A stretch of DNA of 63,321 bases, filler included, from Octopus bimaculoides (Eukaryota), in NCBI RefSeq assembly GCF_001194135.2. It is 5 parts of 5 records of this genome, joined end to end, with 100 filler letters (N's around TTAATTAATTAA, not from the genome) between each part and the next. Parts side by side here need not be neighbours in the genome. Positions count along the whole stretch, not along the records: positions 44,034 to 57,470 come from NC_069007.1; positions 57,571 to 63,321 come from NC_068984.1; 3 more parts are not named here. One strand, written 5' to 3'. The position numbers and the translations under genes are program-made. A model generated the notes under the pieces. It ran no database searches. It saw only the letters and a program-made list of their open reading frames with translations, and was not told where the DNA came from. Shown in pieces: positions 48,794-61,497 of the stretch. How positions within the stretch are numbered: position 1 is the stretch's first letter; the number at the start of each line of letters is the position of its first letter.

Positions 48794-49790
48794 CTATTGA
48801 AGTCCTGCAAGTTGAACCACAACCTATTGAAGTCCTGCAAGTTGAGCCACAAGTTCAACTACAATTTTTTGAACTCCCACCAGTTGAGTCACACTTCCTG
48901 CTGAACCATTTGATAGAGTAGATTTTGAACAATAAAGTTGTCGATTACAAGTTTCTAACATACCAATTACTGGTTCATTGCATTTTCTATGAGAGTGACA
49001 ATGGAGTGTTTGTAACACATTGCTAAATAAATATCGTTAAACTACCATTAGCTTAGCTATATGCTTCTGGAATATCAACAGCTCAGTTACAAACCAAAGA
49101 AATATCAAGCACTGACCTTTTGTTTCTTCTCTATGGGTTAGTAAGGAGAGGGGTAGAGCCCATGTCCAAAAATACTGATCTCTGAGACTGGTGAGGTCAA
49201 TATATTTGGTGTTAACGTTGACCGTCTGCAAGCTGATGTCTTCAAGAAATAACAAGGTATCTCTACATGTCAACAACAGACCTACCAATATTTGAGCCAT
49301 CAACAGGTAAACTAGTTACAGTTGAGCCATCAACAGATCAACTAGTAACAACTGAGCCATGATCTACAGACAGTTGAACTATCAACAGGTGAAAATGCTG
49401 AAAACTAGTATAATGAAAGCTGAACTATGGGCCTCAATGTGGTCACATGATCTGATAAAATAGTAGCCAAATTCCTCTCTAGCTGTACCTTATTGTAAAA
49501 AGGTAAGACAAATAATGTAGTCCCAGATACATTGTGTAAAAATAAAATGTGATGATCCTGGCCAAAACACCAATCATAGGTCTGCTTGATCAAAGTTGAT
49601 CTGGGGTTAAACAACAACAGGTGAGCCGCCTACACTTGTGTCATTAATAACTAGATCGCTACAACTGAGTCACTAACACTTGAACCACCAACAGCTGAAC
49701 AACAAACAGATGAGCTGTCAACAGCTGAGTCTCTGGCAGCTAAGCCACAATCAACTGAGTCACCATTTGCTGAGCATTGTGCATTTTGAT
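48793..49790 (+). repeat. Degenerate 15/30-nt periodic repeats that read as S/T/E/P-rich peptide repeats
   Basis: IEVLQVEPQPIEVLQVEPQ (about 48795-48850), MSTTDLPIFEPSTGKLVTVEPSTDQLVTTEP* (about 49267-49362), TTESLTLEPPTAEQQTDELSTAES (about 49661-49735). Confidence 0.55.
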
Positions 49791-50199
49791 ATTTGTCAGG
49801 AATTTTCTGTAATTTTGTGTCAATCTTAATTTATTCTACCAACGGTCATTAAATAAGACAATTCAATGATATGTCACCAAAAACTATGAATAAGTATGCG
49901 AAGAGTGAGTAAAAATACTGTAAAAGAACAAAAATGCCAGCACAAGGGCCAGTCCTTGTAGCAGTGTGGTAACTTATGTCCCTGAGACATATTAATGAAA
50001 TGCAAGATCCTTGTAAGGCTTCCATGCTGGACAGGTCAAAAAATAGAGGCCAGACCAATATGGGCCACTTCATCCCAGTAGTAAAAATGGGTTTGCATAA
50101 AGCTGACAGCCCTACATAGAAAAAAACAAGGTACAGAAGCGTTGATGACAATTCAAAACCAAGAAGTGAGAGAGGAAGGCTTTTTTTCCCTCAGGGAAA

Positions 50200-50370
50200 C
50201 TTATGATGCAGTTTAACAAAATCCAAAATGAATCTGCAAGGCTGACACCCCTTCTGAACATGAGAGAAATTCTTCAGATTAGATGGTTGGTTAAAATTAG
50301 AAATAAAGAGCTGTGGTAGAAGTGGTAGGTACCAGTGGAGGAACAGATCCTGAAGCACAATGTCGAATGA
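50200..50370 (+). mobile_element. Decayed RTE/L2-type ORF2 C-terminal fragment
   Basis: MREILQIRWLVKIRNKELW..VPVEEQILK. Confidence 0.5.
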
Positions 50371-50974
50371 TTTGGATTGGACTGGATTGCCCTTGCTCAG
50401 TCCACAACTGGATGAAAAACTCAGCTTTGTTCTCTCTGCCAGAGACTGAGTTGAGATCATACTGGTTTGATGAGCCCACTCTGCCGCACTGGTTTGAAGA
50501 TCATACTGGTTTGATGAGCCTACTCTGCTGCACTAGTTTGACATGACTTGGCGGAGGGATGCAGATTTTATACCCAGGAATAGTTAAATTGTATACATGG
50601 ACGCCAATACTCAACTGGTACTTATTTTATTGACCCTGAATGGATAGGGCACACATTAAGGAAACCAATATCCTGAATTACATGGCTGGTTTTCATTCGG
50701 AACCCACAAGGGAGTCAGAAGACAGGATACCCTAAAAACAGTCAGAGGTAGGATACTGGTGTATAGTGACACTGTACACCCCTCCTGGTAAAAAGTGGTA
50801 GTAGCCAGCCATTGTAAATAGACCAGTAACCAGTCGACAGGGGAAGGTCAAAAGGTCGAGAGTACGTGTAGACTGTTTTGACAGCTGTGTCTGTGCTGAT
50901 ATACTCTTTTACTCTTTTACTTGTTTCAGTCTTTTGACTGTGGCCATGCTGGAGCAACTGTGATAATGAGTGGA

Positions 50975-51420
50975 TGTTGTAAAGATCCAACCTTTTGAGG
51001 ATAATAACACTGTACAACTGGGGGTTGTGGAGTGTCAGATAGAAACGTCCTATCGATGACTTCAGAATGAAACAATATCTGTCAGAGCAAAAACCGATGT
51101 CAAAAGACAGATACAACAGTGGCCAAAGACTGCTTTATGACAGTGGCGATGACAGAAAACAAAAGTTAAAAAAAAAAAGGCATTCACACTGAGAGTTTAA
51201 TCTAATTCATGTGGAAAATTAAATGCCTCGACAAAAAAAGAAACAAAAATCTCATTGTGTAAAGTTTAAAAAATCCTAAAATATGGAAGACTTGTTAGCT
51301 GGGATAGCTGAGTTGCAAAAATAGCAACAACAACAATTCAAAGAACAATGAGAACAACAACAGGGATTGCAGCAGCAAATGATACAACTAATGAAGTTGC
51401 TAACGAAATTGGAGAAGACA
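50975..51420 (+). mobile_element. Gypsy (Mag-like) LTR retrotransposon 5' remnant: 144-bp LTR and start of gag
   Basis: TGTTGTA (50975) ... TACAACA (51118) inverted ends, followed by GTGGC (PBS-like); MEDLLAGIAELQK*QQQQFKEQ*EQQQGLQQQMIQLMKLL from 51283. Confidence 0.5.
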
Positions 51421-51423
51421 TGA

Positions 51424-51620
51424 CAAATGAATGTCTTTATGGAGACCTGCTGAAAGTTAGCAAGAAGATCAGGCAAAGATGGCTGCGACTATCTGGTCAC
51501 TGCATGCACCACCCTGAACTGGAAGCATCCAAATTAGTCTTGTGGAACCCATTTCATGATGTAAGAAGAGGAAAATGTCGTCACATATTGACAACTTGAT
51601 TGCAGACACTGGCCTGGAAT
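51424..51620 (+). mobile_element. RTE-like LINE C-terminal remnant
   Basis: LYGDLLKVSKKIRQRWLRLSGHCMHHPELEASKLVLWNP. Confidence 0.7.
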
Positions 51621-52807
51621 GTATCTGACAGCTGTTTCGATTCAAAAGTCTATAGATAAATAATTTATAAAATTAAAATCGAGGCAGTATGGCGAGTGAA
51701 CTTTGTTGCTGCGGCCCAGGTTAGAACTTGGCCATAAGGAATAAAGGATGAGTGGTTGACTCAGCATTGTTTTACTCGGTGCAAAGGCTCAAACTTATTG
51801 AACAGAGAGAGAGATCAAATCACAACCAAGCTTTTTGTGAAGGGTGTAACCACATAGGGACATATTAAGGTTAATGATTTGACTTTAATAAAGAAACCAA
51901 AAGGTGCTCATTAATTTAATTTTTCATTATAAATTATGAAAATTTAATCAAAACAATTTTGATTATTGGTTAGAGTTGATCCGTTAGAAATAACAACCAC
52001 ATCATCATCCGTTGTCTATGCTGGCATAAGTTGGACAGTTTGAAGTGAACTTGAAAGTGGGGAGCTGCACCAGGCTCCAGTCTGATTTGATATGGTTTCA
52101 AAAGCTGAATGCCCTTCCTAACGCCAACCACTTTACAGAGTGTGCTGGGTGCTTTTCCATGATGCCACATGGTTGCTTTTATATACTGTCTTAAATAAGA
52201 GACACATTGAGAAATTATACCCTAGAAATCGTTAAAAACGATGAGGTGGTCAAAATGGCGATCATGGCTGGAATATTCTTAATCATAGACCAGTTCAATA
52301 AAGGCTGACCCACTAGAAACAGCAGCCAAACCTTTCTAAAATTATACACTATGTCTTAAATGAAAGACACATTGAATAATGTAGATATCCCTAAAAAGGT
52401 GGAGTGGAATAATCATGATCATAGATAAGCTTGATCAAGGTTGATCTGCTAGAAGTAGCAGTTAAATCTCCCTGAAATCATATACTGTCACTGTCTTAAA
52501 TGAAGGATACATAGGATAATATAGTCCGAGATATCCCAACAAAACAGAGTGGTGGTAGTCATAGTCGGAATAGGCCTTGGTCATTGGGTAATGAACGTTG
52601 ATCTGCTAGAACTAGCAGCCAAATCTCCCTCAAAATCATACATTTTAATGTCTTTAAATTGCACTGTGTAATATAGTCCTAGATATCCTTAGAATGATGT
52701 AGTAGTGATGGTCATGTTTGAACAATAACCTTGACCAAGGTTGATTCCACAGAAGTTATCAGAAGGTCACAGCAGCTGCACCAGTCCATAATTCCTTCCT
52801 CGGAACC

Positions 52808-52988
52808 AACTACTCGACAGAGAGGGGCATCAAAACTATTCCTCGCCCTTCCTACAGTCCAGGCATTGCTCCCTGTGACAAGGTTCCCGGACACCTTCAT
52901 TTCGAAGGACTTCCATGGAGCCTTCACAAAGTAGTCAGGGCACTACAAGTGCTTCAAAGTCAGAGGGTTCTGCTTTGAAGGAGATTAA
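52808..52988 (+). mobile_element. Mariner transposase C-terminal remnant, internally deleted
   Basis: GIKTIPRPSYSPGIAPCD (YSPDLAPxD motif) and DFHGAFTK*..KCFKVRGFCFEGD*. Confidence 0.8.
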
Positions 52989-53056
52989 AGGACTTAATTA
53001 AATATCCTGGTTAAGGTCACAGTACAGTCACACTGTAAAAAAACTGAACTACTATA

Positions 53057-53451
53057 GGCGTAGGAGTGGCTGTGTGGTAAGTAGCTTGCTTATGAACTAC
53101 ATGGTTCTGGGTTCAGTCCCACAGCATGGCACCTTGGGCAAGTGTCTTCTACTATAACCTCGGGCTGACCAAAGCCTTGTGAGTGGATTTGGTAGACGGA
53201 AACTGAAAGAAGCCCGTCATATATTTATATATTTATGTGTGTGTGTGCGTGTGCATCTGTGTTTGTCCCCCCAACATCGCTTGACAACCGATGCTGGTGT
53301 GTTTACGTCCCCGTAACTTAGCGGTTCAGCAAAAAAAACCGATAGAATAAGTACTAGGCTTACAAAGAATAAGTCCCGGGGTCGATTTGCTCGACTAAAG
53401 GTGGTGCTCCAGCATGGCCACAGTCAAATGACTGAAACAAGTAAAAGAGTA
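53057..53451 (+). mobile_element. Full-length family B composite SINE
   Basis: TGGCTGTGTGG A box, GGTTCAGTCCC B box, ACCTTGGGCAAGTGTCTT CORE-like domain, internal (TA)/(TG) tract, 3' half with inverted Meta-like GATAGAATAAGTACT..GGGGTCGAT. Confidence 0.85.
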
Positions 53452-53789
53452 CTAACCTCCTAGTTGTTTGTCTAGAAACCACTTCACTCAACCATCAGCA
53501 CCATTGACCATTGTACAGTTTCACCTGTCTTAGTTCCTGGTTCAAACCTTGACATGGTTAGTTCCTTTTACCTTTTGTTCTCCAGGAGCTGGTAACAATA
53601 AGGTGATTAATTCAGTAGAATATCTTCCTAAGGCCCTACAAATGGCATTATGATTCTTCAAATTATTGAACTTTTTAATATTTGCCAAATATTTTCTGTA
53701 ATTTTTTAAATTTATTAAATTAGGATCAAAAGATTTCCTTTCTTGGAACAGAAGGAAGGCAGTTTAACCCCAATTTTTTTTTATCATTT

Positions 53790-54940
53790 TGTCAAAAAAG
53801 GAACAGCAGTACCCGTGACCAGGTGTTGTGCTTCAGCAAATTTGGTGCTGAATCTGTGTTTAATGTAAAGGAAAATAGATCAGTTTGAAAATATTGATAT
53901 CCAGGTCATAGAAGCAAAGTTTGAAGGGAATGGTAGTGATTTCCTTTGATTTCTGGATAGAAGCAAACACAACAACCAGAACTGTGGTATTGAGCAGAAT
54001 ATTTGCTATAACGATATTTCTGCTTCAGCAACTCAGTGCTGAATCTGTGTGAAATGTAATGGAAAATAGGTCAGTTTCAAAACATTGATGTCCAGGTCAG
54101 AAAAGCAAAGTTTGAAGGGAATAGTAGCCATTTCCTTAGATAGAGGCAAATGGGAAATAACACTGAACAAAGACCAAAACAAAAAAATGTTACACAATGT
54201 TATTCAACTTAACAGTTTGTACTGGGTATTTTTTACATGGCACCAGCACTAGTGAGGTTATCATGTGACCTTTAAGTGCCCTCAACTGAGGGGCAAGGAG
54301 TAGTATTGAAGGAGGTGGCTTTATGCCAAGTGATGAGAGGTTNNNNNNNNNNNNNNNNNNNNNNNNNNNNNNNNNNNNNNNNNNNNNNNNNNNNNNNNNN
54401 NNNNNNAAGAGAGTCAGAGGACCCTCCAGTATTGTGTAAGAAACAAAATGAGAAGAAAAGGGGATGACTACTTTATATGTGGAAAGATGAACAGAATGAA
54501 AGGAGAGCAAATATTCTGCTCAATACCACAGATTTTCTTCTTGTCTTTGGTCAGTGAGTGTTACTTCCTATTTGCTTCTGTCTAGAAATCAAAGGAAATG
54601 ACTACCATTCCCTTCAAACTTTGCTTTTCTGACCTGGACATCAATGTTTTAAAACTGACCTATACTCCATTACATTTCACACAGATTCAGCACTGAGTTG
54701 CTGAAGCAGAAATATCGTTATAGCAAATATTCTGTTCATTATCTCAGATTTATTTGTCAGTTGCTTGACCTTAACTACTTGAGTAGTTGGGGAGCATCAT
54801 AGCCATGTGTTGAGAGGGTTAATTTAGGGTTTGAATAAATGTCAGAAAAGCATAGTTTGAAGGAAATATTAGCCATTTTTCATACTTTCTAGGAGTAAGC
54901 AAATAGGAAATAACAGTTGCTACCCAGAGAGGCAAAAACC
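53790..54940. repeat. About 200-bp repeat unit in tandem (53790-54190), inverted (54506-54738) and partial direct (54840-54940) copies
   Basis: GCTGAATCTGTGT..AATGTAA.GGAAAATAG.TCAGTTT..CCAGGTCA..AAGCAAAGTTTGAAGGGAAT seen in both orientations. Confidence 0.8.
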
Positions 54941-56479
54941 ATGTTACACAGTGTAATGAACGAGATGAGAAATAAGGAAAGCTTGTAACGATGTAGAAAG
55001 TTTAAAAACCCTTTATATTTTGGGAGTAAAGTCCTATATTCAACAGAATACAATCAAAGAAAGATGTATTTACATAGCTCCAGCCAATTTTGCTAAGTTC
55101 TGCATTTCTCTGACTGTATTCTTCGGAAGATGGGCATTTGTACCCAAAATGTTTTTTTTTTTAACTTTCTGTATTTTTAGAAGCTTTCTTTATTTCTCAG
55201 TTTATTCATGATTCTACCTCTGTACTACAATACTTCGAGCAAACTACAACACTCTTCTGTGAAGCTGTAGGCATTAGAAAGGGCATCCAGTTGGAAGGGA
55301 AACCAGTTAGGAAGGGAAACCACGCCAAAGCAGATATCAGTGCCAGATGCTGTCTTCTGGTTTGCCAGCTCCTGTTGAACCATCTAACTCATGCCAGCAT
55401 GGGAAACAGACATTAAATGATGATGATGATGATGATTATAACAATAACTGCAATGTCATCAATAATAATAATAATAATAATGGTCAACATGGCACAAACT
55501 CAAGGTCTTGTTGCCATAGCATTCAGAATGTAACAGACAGTAACATAAGCATGAACATGCTTTGTTTTCTTGCTACCTTCTGAAAGGAAAAAAAAAAAAA
55601 AACTACAATGACAGACAGCTACCAGTAGCAGAATGTACACCAAAACAGCAGCACCAGCAACAACATCCTTGTGGTGTGACATGTGCAAAAGATCAAGTTA
55701 CCAACTGGCAATGTTTGAAGCAACAAACCAACAGGTATGTAGTCATGAAATAATGGTACAATGGTACTAATTTAACCTTGAATATTTCAACAGCAGCAAG
55801 TATCAAGCAAGATCTGTTCAGTACGTGGCTGTCTTAAGAATAGCAGATAATGCTAGAATGTGGCTTTTTATGATTCATCAACTACATATCTCTCAAGGAT
55901 GTTCAAGTCTTGTGGAAAATGCCTATTACTGCCAATTTCAATTCAGTGAAAAATGAGATGTAGGTGTGTGTGTGTGTATTATTGTCATCATTTTAACGTC
56001 TTTTCTTCCCATGCTTGCATGGGTCAGACTAGTTTAGTTGAGGCAGATTTTCTACAGCTGGATGTTCTTCCTGTCACCAACCTTCACCAGTTTCCGAGCA
56101 AGGTAATACTTTTCCATGGTCAGACATGCTTTTCACCAAAGATGGAAACAAACGACACCGCTTGTACGACAGGGATGCTCGTTTACAACCATCACATAAT
56201 ACAAGGCAAGGGTCCACACATATTTTTCTATGTCTCCCTTTTTTTCAGGCACAGCTTGATGCATTGGTGAACAGTGAAAGGTGTTGGGAAAAAAATAGAC
56301 AGAAGCTATGGTTGTGAAAAAGTTAGCTGACATGGAGGACTGGAAGCTATCTGAGCATTTGTTTCACATTTTGGTACAAGGCCAGCAATTTCAGGGGAGA
56401 GGTTAAACCGATTAAATCAACCCCAGTGCTCAAATGTTACTTATTTTATTGACCCCCAAAGGGATGAAAGGCAAAGTCA

Positions 56480-56850
56480 AGCCATATTGGTGCACCACCT
56501 TGAAGGGTTTCAGTTGAACAAATTGACCCCAGGACTTATTCTTAAACCTACTACTTGTTCTATTGGTCTCTTTTGCCAAACTGCTACGTCATGGGAATGT
56601 AAGCACACCAATACCAGTTGTCAAGTAACGATGGGGGCGGACACAGACATACATATATATTTATGATGGGCTTCTTTCAGTTTCCGTCTACCAAATCAAC
56701 TCACAAGGCTGGCTTTGGTTGGCCTAAGTAACCTTGGGCCAACCAAAGCCAGCCTTGTAGTAGAAGACACTTGCCAAGGTGTCACACAGTGAGACTGAAT
56801 CTGGAACCATGTGATTGGAAAGCAAGCATCTTACCACACAGCCACACACA
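56480..56850 (-). mobile_element. Family B SINE carrying an internal hairpin duplication
   Basis: Reverse match to 53057-53451 with an extra 56703-56758 palindrome. Confidence 0.7.
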
Positions 56851-57221
56851 CAATAGGTTCCTTCCAGTTCCTATCTGCCAAATTCCCTGACTTTGATTGA
56901 TTTAGGGGTACAGGAGAAGGCACCTGCACAGGGTGCCACACAGTGGGACTGAACCAGAGACTACATAGTCAAGAAGTTTTTTAACCACACAGCCATGTCT
57001 GTTTTTATATACATATAAGTGATTCATTACAGAATCACTTCAGTTCATTCTGACCAATAATTACTTCCTGTTTGCAAACACATACTTTCACCAAAAATGT
57101 GGTATTGCGATGGGTACCAAAGCTGCACCAGTCCTTGCAAACCTCATAATGTGTTTTTTTGAATTATCACTATATGAAATCTCATGCCAGAAATTTGGAC
57201 ACCTTTTCCACATCTACTTAA

Positions 57222-57470
57222 ATGGATAACTGGAAAAGATACATGGATGATTGTTTCATCATATGGAAGGAATCCTATGAAAAACTTCTAGAATTCTAAA
57301 CCATACTTAACAACATACATCCCAGCATTCAATTCACTATGGAATTCAGCAAACATCATCTCCCTTTTCTTGATCTCTTAATTATAAAAACACCTAATAA
57401 CCAAATCACAACCGACATCTACCACAAACCTACAGATTCACAACAATACCTCCTTTTCAGCTCATGCCAC
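57222..57470 (+). mobile_element. Penelope-like element reverse transcriptase fragment
   Basis: WKRYMDDCFIIWK..F*TILNNIHPSIQFTMEFSKHHLPFLDLLI..TDIYHKPTDSQQYLLFSSCH. Confidence 0.9.
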
Positions 57471-57570
57471 NNNNNNNNNNNNNNNNNNNNNNNNNNNNNN
57501 NNNNNNNNNNNNNNTTAATTAATTAANNNNNNNNNNNNNNNNNNNNNNNNNNNNNNNNNNNNNNNNNNNN
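57471..57570. other. Artificial assembly linker N44-TTAATTAATTAA-N44
   Basis: 12-mer at 57515-57526. Confidence 0.95.
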
Positions 57571-57715
57571 ATATATACACATATATATATATACACACAA
57601 TGAGGCAAAAGCTGTAAATTAGTATATTATTGGAAATAATGCATACTAGAATCTATAACACAATATTTCAAAAACGTAATCTCGTCTTTGGATACTCGCA
57701 ACGTTCCCGTATATG

Positions 57716-57753
<38 letters not shown>

Positions 57754-58199
57754 CACGTATATATATATATANNNNNNNNNNCACACACACACACATGCAC
57801 GTATATATATATATATATATACATATATATACACACATATATACATACATATGAATTGTGTCTACGTCGATGTATGTGGAAACTAGTATGGAAGCCGCTT
57901 CCTTGCAAGTTCTATAAACGTCAGGAAATTCAAGGATGCTGTCTTTTATTTATGGTTCAGCAATTACGAAACACAAGTTTTGTAGATCAATACGCCCTCT
58001 CTCAATGCTTTCGATCTGAAATCCACTTTCAACCTAGCAAACCGTGCAATTTTAGACAATTTCACACAGACTTGAACAAATTCGCCGTTTTTTTCTCTCT
58101 TTCTCCATTTCTTGGAGGAACTTTTTAATTTCCTCTTATTTGAGATATACATATTCCCGCATCTGCATGCACGTCTATACATACCTACATACATTTATG

Positions 58200-58259
<60 letters not shown>

Positions 58260-58542
58260 TAGATATACATAGATTTACACACATATACATATGAATGCAA
58301 CAACATCTGTAGATTCCTTGTATAAGCATGGAGAATTTGCTGTGAGGTTTAGTGCGTTCATAATGTTCTCAAGAGTTCCGAAAGCCGTAAGTAAATTGAT
58401 TTTAACTCTTATTCCAAACCAAATCATGTACCAGACTTGAAGAGCTCTTCTTCATTTACTGGGCCACTTACCACATTGAGAAGCGCATAAAATCATGCAC
58501 AAACTCGCACACACATGAACAGTCAATACACGCTCACCACGC

Positions 58543-58629
<87 letters not shown>

Positions 58630-59254
58630 ACATACACACAGTAGCATGTAACATTTCTTTAATCATTACTCAGAGTTTTCTGCAACCGATGTTTACAGTG
58701 AGTAAACAAGGGAAAGCGGCGTGACAATATATAGAGAAAAATATTCATAAACCCTTCAAAATATGATGATTTTTTTAGTATTTGTTGGTTGCGAAATGCA
58801 AAACAAAAAAAAAAATTGATAGAAAATACATGACACACGTATTACACTACGCCATGCAGAGCCCGTAATACATTTATGTATTAAAGGTTTGTCTCGGAAT
58901 ACATTGCTTGTTTACATCTGACGCTTCGATACGAAACGGTGTAGCATTTTCCCACGGTGCTAACGAGTCTGCCTGCACGCCGCCTTTATTACTATTATTA
59001 ATATTGTCACCCAGAGAATAGTACCAATTCCATCATGGTTTGTTGGATTGTAAGCAGTAATGTCAAGCAGAAACTCTAAACTGACCCACGGTGGTGTTCG
59101 AACTACAACCGAGCCGTATTTATTAATAGAAACGCGGTCGAGTAACGTCAGTTGGTATATTTCTTCAACTCGTGTGATTGATGATGCTTAAAAACTTCTA
59201 ATATTCCTTAGAGATACAGATCGCAAGCCCTAGCAATCCTATCGTGCGTTCATA

Positions 59255-59478
59255 TATTGTTGATCTTTTCTACTCTAGGCACAAGACCCGAAATTTTGAG
59301 GGAGGGGGCCAGTCGATTAGATCGACCCCAGTACGCAACTGGTGCTTAGTTTATCGACCCCAAAAGTATGAAAGGCAAAGTCGACCTGGGCGGAATTTGA
59401 ACTCAGAACGTAACGGCAGACGAAATACCGCTAAGCACTTCGACCGGCGTGCTAACGATTCTGCCAGCTCGCAGCCCT
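59255..59478 (-). mobile_element. Family A SINE with CpGs retained
   Basis: Reverse match to the family A consensus. Confidence 0.8.
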
Positions 59479-59555
59479 CGCATATTGTTACTCTAACACA
59501 AAGCACAAGACAGTATTGATTTGGGAACCTTTAATATACTTGGTAGCATATGTGA

Positions 59556-59933
59556 AACTCTGTCGCTTACGACGACGAGGGTTCCAGTTGATCCGATCAA
59601 CGGAACAGCCTGCTCGTGATATTAACGTGCAAGTGGCTGAGCATTCCACAGACACGTGTACCCTTAAGGTAGTTCTCGGAGAGATTCAGCGTGACACAGA
59701 GTGTGACAAGGCTGGCCCTTTAAAATACAGGTACAACAGAAACAGGAGGAAAGACTGAGAGAAAGGTGTGGCGAAAGAATACAGCAGGGTTCGCCTCTAT
59801 TCCCTACCGGAGCCTCGTAGAGCTTTAGGCGTTTTCGCTCAATAAACACCCACAACACCCGGTCTGGGAATCGAAACCGCGATTCTATGACCGCGAGTCA
59901 GCTGACCTAACCACTGAGCCATTGCGCCTCCAC
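59556..59933 (-). mobile_element. Full-length tRNA-derived SINE (about 380 bp)
   Basis: Head GTGGAGGCGCAATGGCTCAGTGGTTAGG (A box) .. GGTTTCGATTCC (B box); body matches 43650-43933. Confidence 0.85.
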
Positions 59934-60610
59934 TCTTAGTAGCATATAATGACTGTAAGACGAATTAAGGTGTTCCACCCAGCAATTAATATGAACGTGT
60001 TTGATATGTAAAATTGGTCTACTCAATAGTGTTACACCATTAAAATAAGCGTGGCCTTTTAAGGTATGTTTTCGTGAATAGATAATGCATTGGATGGAAT
60101 GCTGGAGAAGAAGAAATGTCTCCTGAAATATGCATATACACCCACTATGTATTTTCTGTCTTCGACTGCATTGTTTGCGTGTACGTATTCGTATACCGCT
60201 ATGGCTCCAAATGCTATAGAAAATTTGTAGAGTTGCACGGTATGTGTGTATGTATGTATGTATACGACTTGCTTTTTTCAGATTCCGTCTCCCAAATTCG
60301 TTCACATGGCTTTGATCAGCTCATGGCTATAGTAGAAGATATTTCCCCAACGCGTGCCGCGTTGGGATTGAACTCGGAACACTGTGGCTGAAAGCACATG
60401 TTTTACCGCACACCCACGCTTAAGCTTACTTGTTGAGAAATACTTTCATACAGTAAATTGAAATAAGTAAATTACCAGCACTTATTTTACTAGGATTCGC
60501 GTAAGAAATTATAATTAATCAAAGCAGCGTTGGGTTGATGATAATTGCGGGGAACGAAAGATTCTAAACAGTGTAAAGCATTTAGGCCGATGCTTTACTA
60601 TATCATCCAG

Positions 60611-60676
60611 TTAATTGTGGGATTTCATGACTCAAATGAAGTGGGAGTTAAACTTGGTTTTGATTTACTTGGCTGC
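60611..60676 (+). CDS. Candidate exon (phase 0 to 0): LIVGFHDSNEVGVKLGFDLLGC
   Basis: TATCATCCAG acceptor, only one open frame, GTAAAA donor. Confidence 0.3.
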
Positions 60677-61098
60677 GTAAAAATCAGGCGACAGAACAAG
60701 CTATAATTAATAATGCATTCTGAGAAGTTGTCTCTTTCTCTCTGTCGCTATTCAATAATTGAGCGCTGAAAGTACACATGCTCTAGTATTGCACGTTGTA
60801 TTATTAATCGATAGACACGTTTTTAGCATGAGAAAGAATTGAAAATGACAGCAGAAGTGCTTAGAAATGCAAATGTGTGCACGTGTCATTAATCAATTAA
60901 AGTTGAGTGTTCTATCGTTATTGATGATCTAAAAATACAGCAAAGCACATACACACACACACGCACACAGACACACACACACGCACACACACACACGCAC
61001 ACACACACATACTTATATACATGCATGCATGTGTATATATGTATGCATGCGCGTACATAAATGTATGTGTATATGTGTGTGTGTATGCGTGTGTGTGT

Positions 61099-61365
61099 AT
61101 GGAGGCGCGTGGCCTAGTGGTTAGGCTGTTGCACACACGATTGCTAGGTTTTAGGTTCGATTCCCAGACTGAGCGGCGTATTGTGTTCTTCAACAAAAAA
61201 ACTTCATTTCAAGTTGCACCAGTCCCCTTTCGATGAAGCGAGAGTGTTGGCCTGCTCGCTGAGCCAACGGGGTAGCGGTAATTTCATGGTTGACTCAATG
61301 CAAAAACGCATTGTGACCAGCGATGTGTAACAACATCTGATTGTCTGGTCGGTCACGAGGTCACA
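61099..61365 (+). mobile_element. tRNA-headed SINE with CORE/V-like domain
   Basis: TGGCCTAGTGG A box, GGTTCGATTCC B box, TTGTGTTCTT..ACTTCATTTCA core. Confidence 0.75.
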
Positions 61366-61497
61366 TTATATGTATAAATATATGTGTCTGTACGTGTGCG
61401 CGTGTTATTTCGGTAATAATAAAAACAATATTTTACATTAATCTGATGGATTACTCAGTTCTTTTGTAGAGTACAAATTTGTTATTATTATTATTAG

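Noticed and set aside
58916-58945. CTGACG..GAAACGG hammerhead-like string
   Set aside because: A9 is missing and stems II and III cannot be closed in register.
59880-59933. tRNA gene
   Set aside because: A and B boxes continue into a 300-bp SINE body present in several copies; no acceptor-stem closure.
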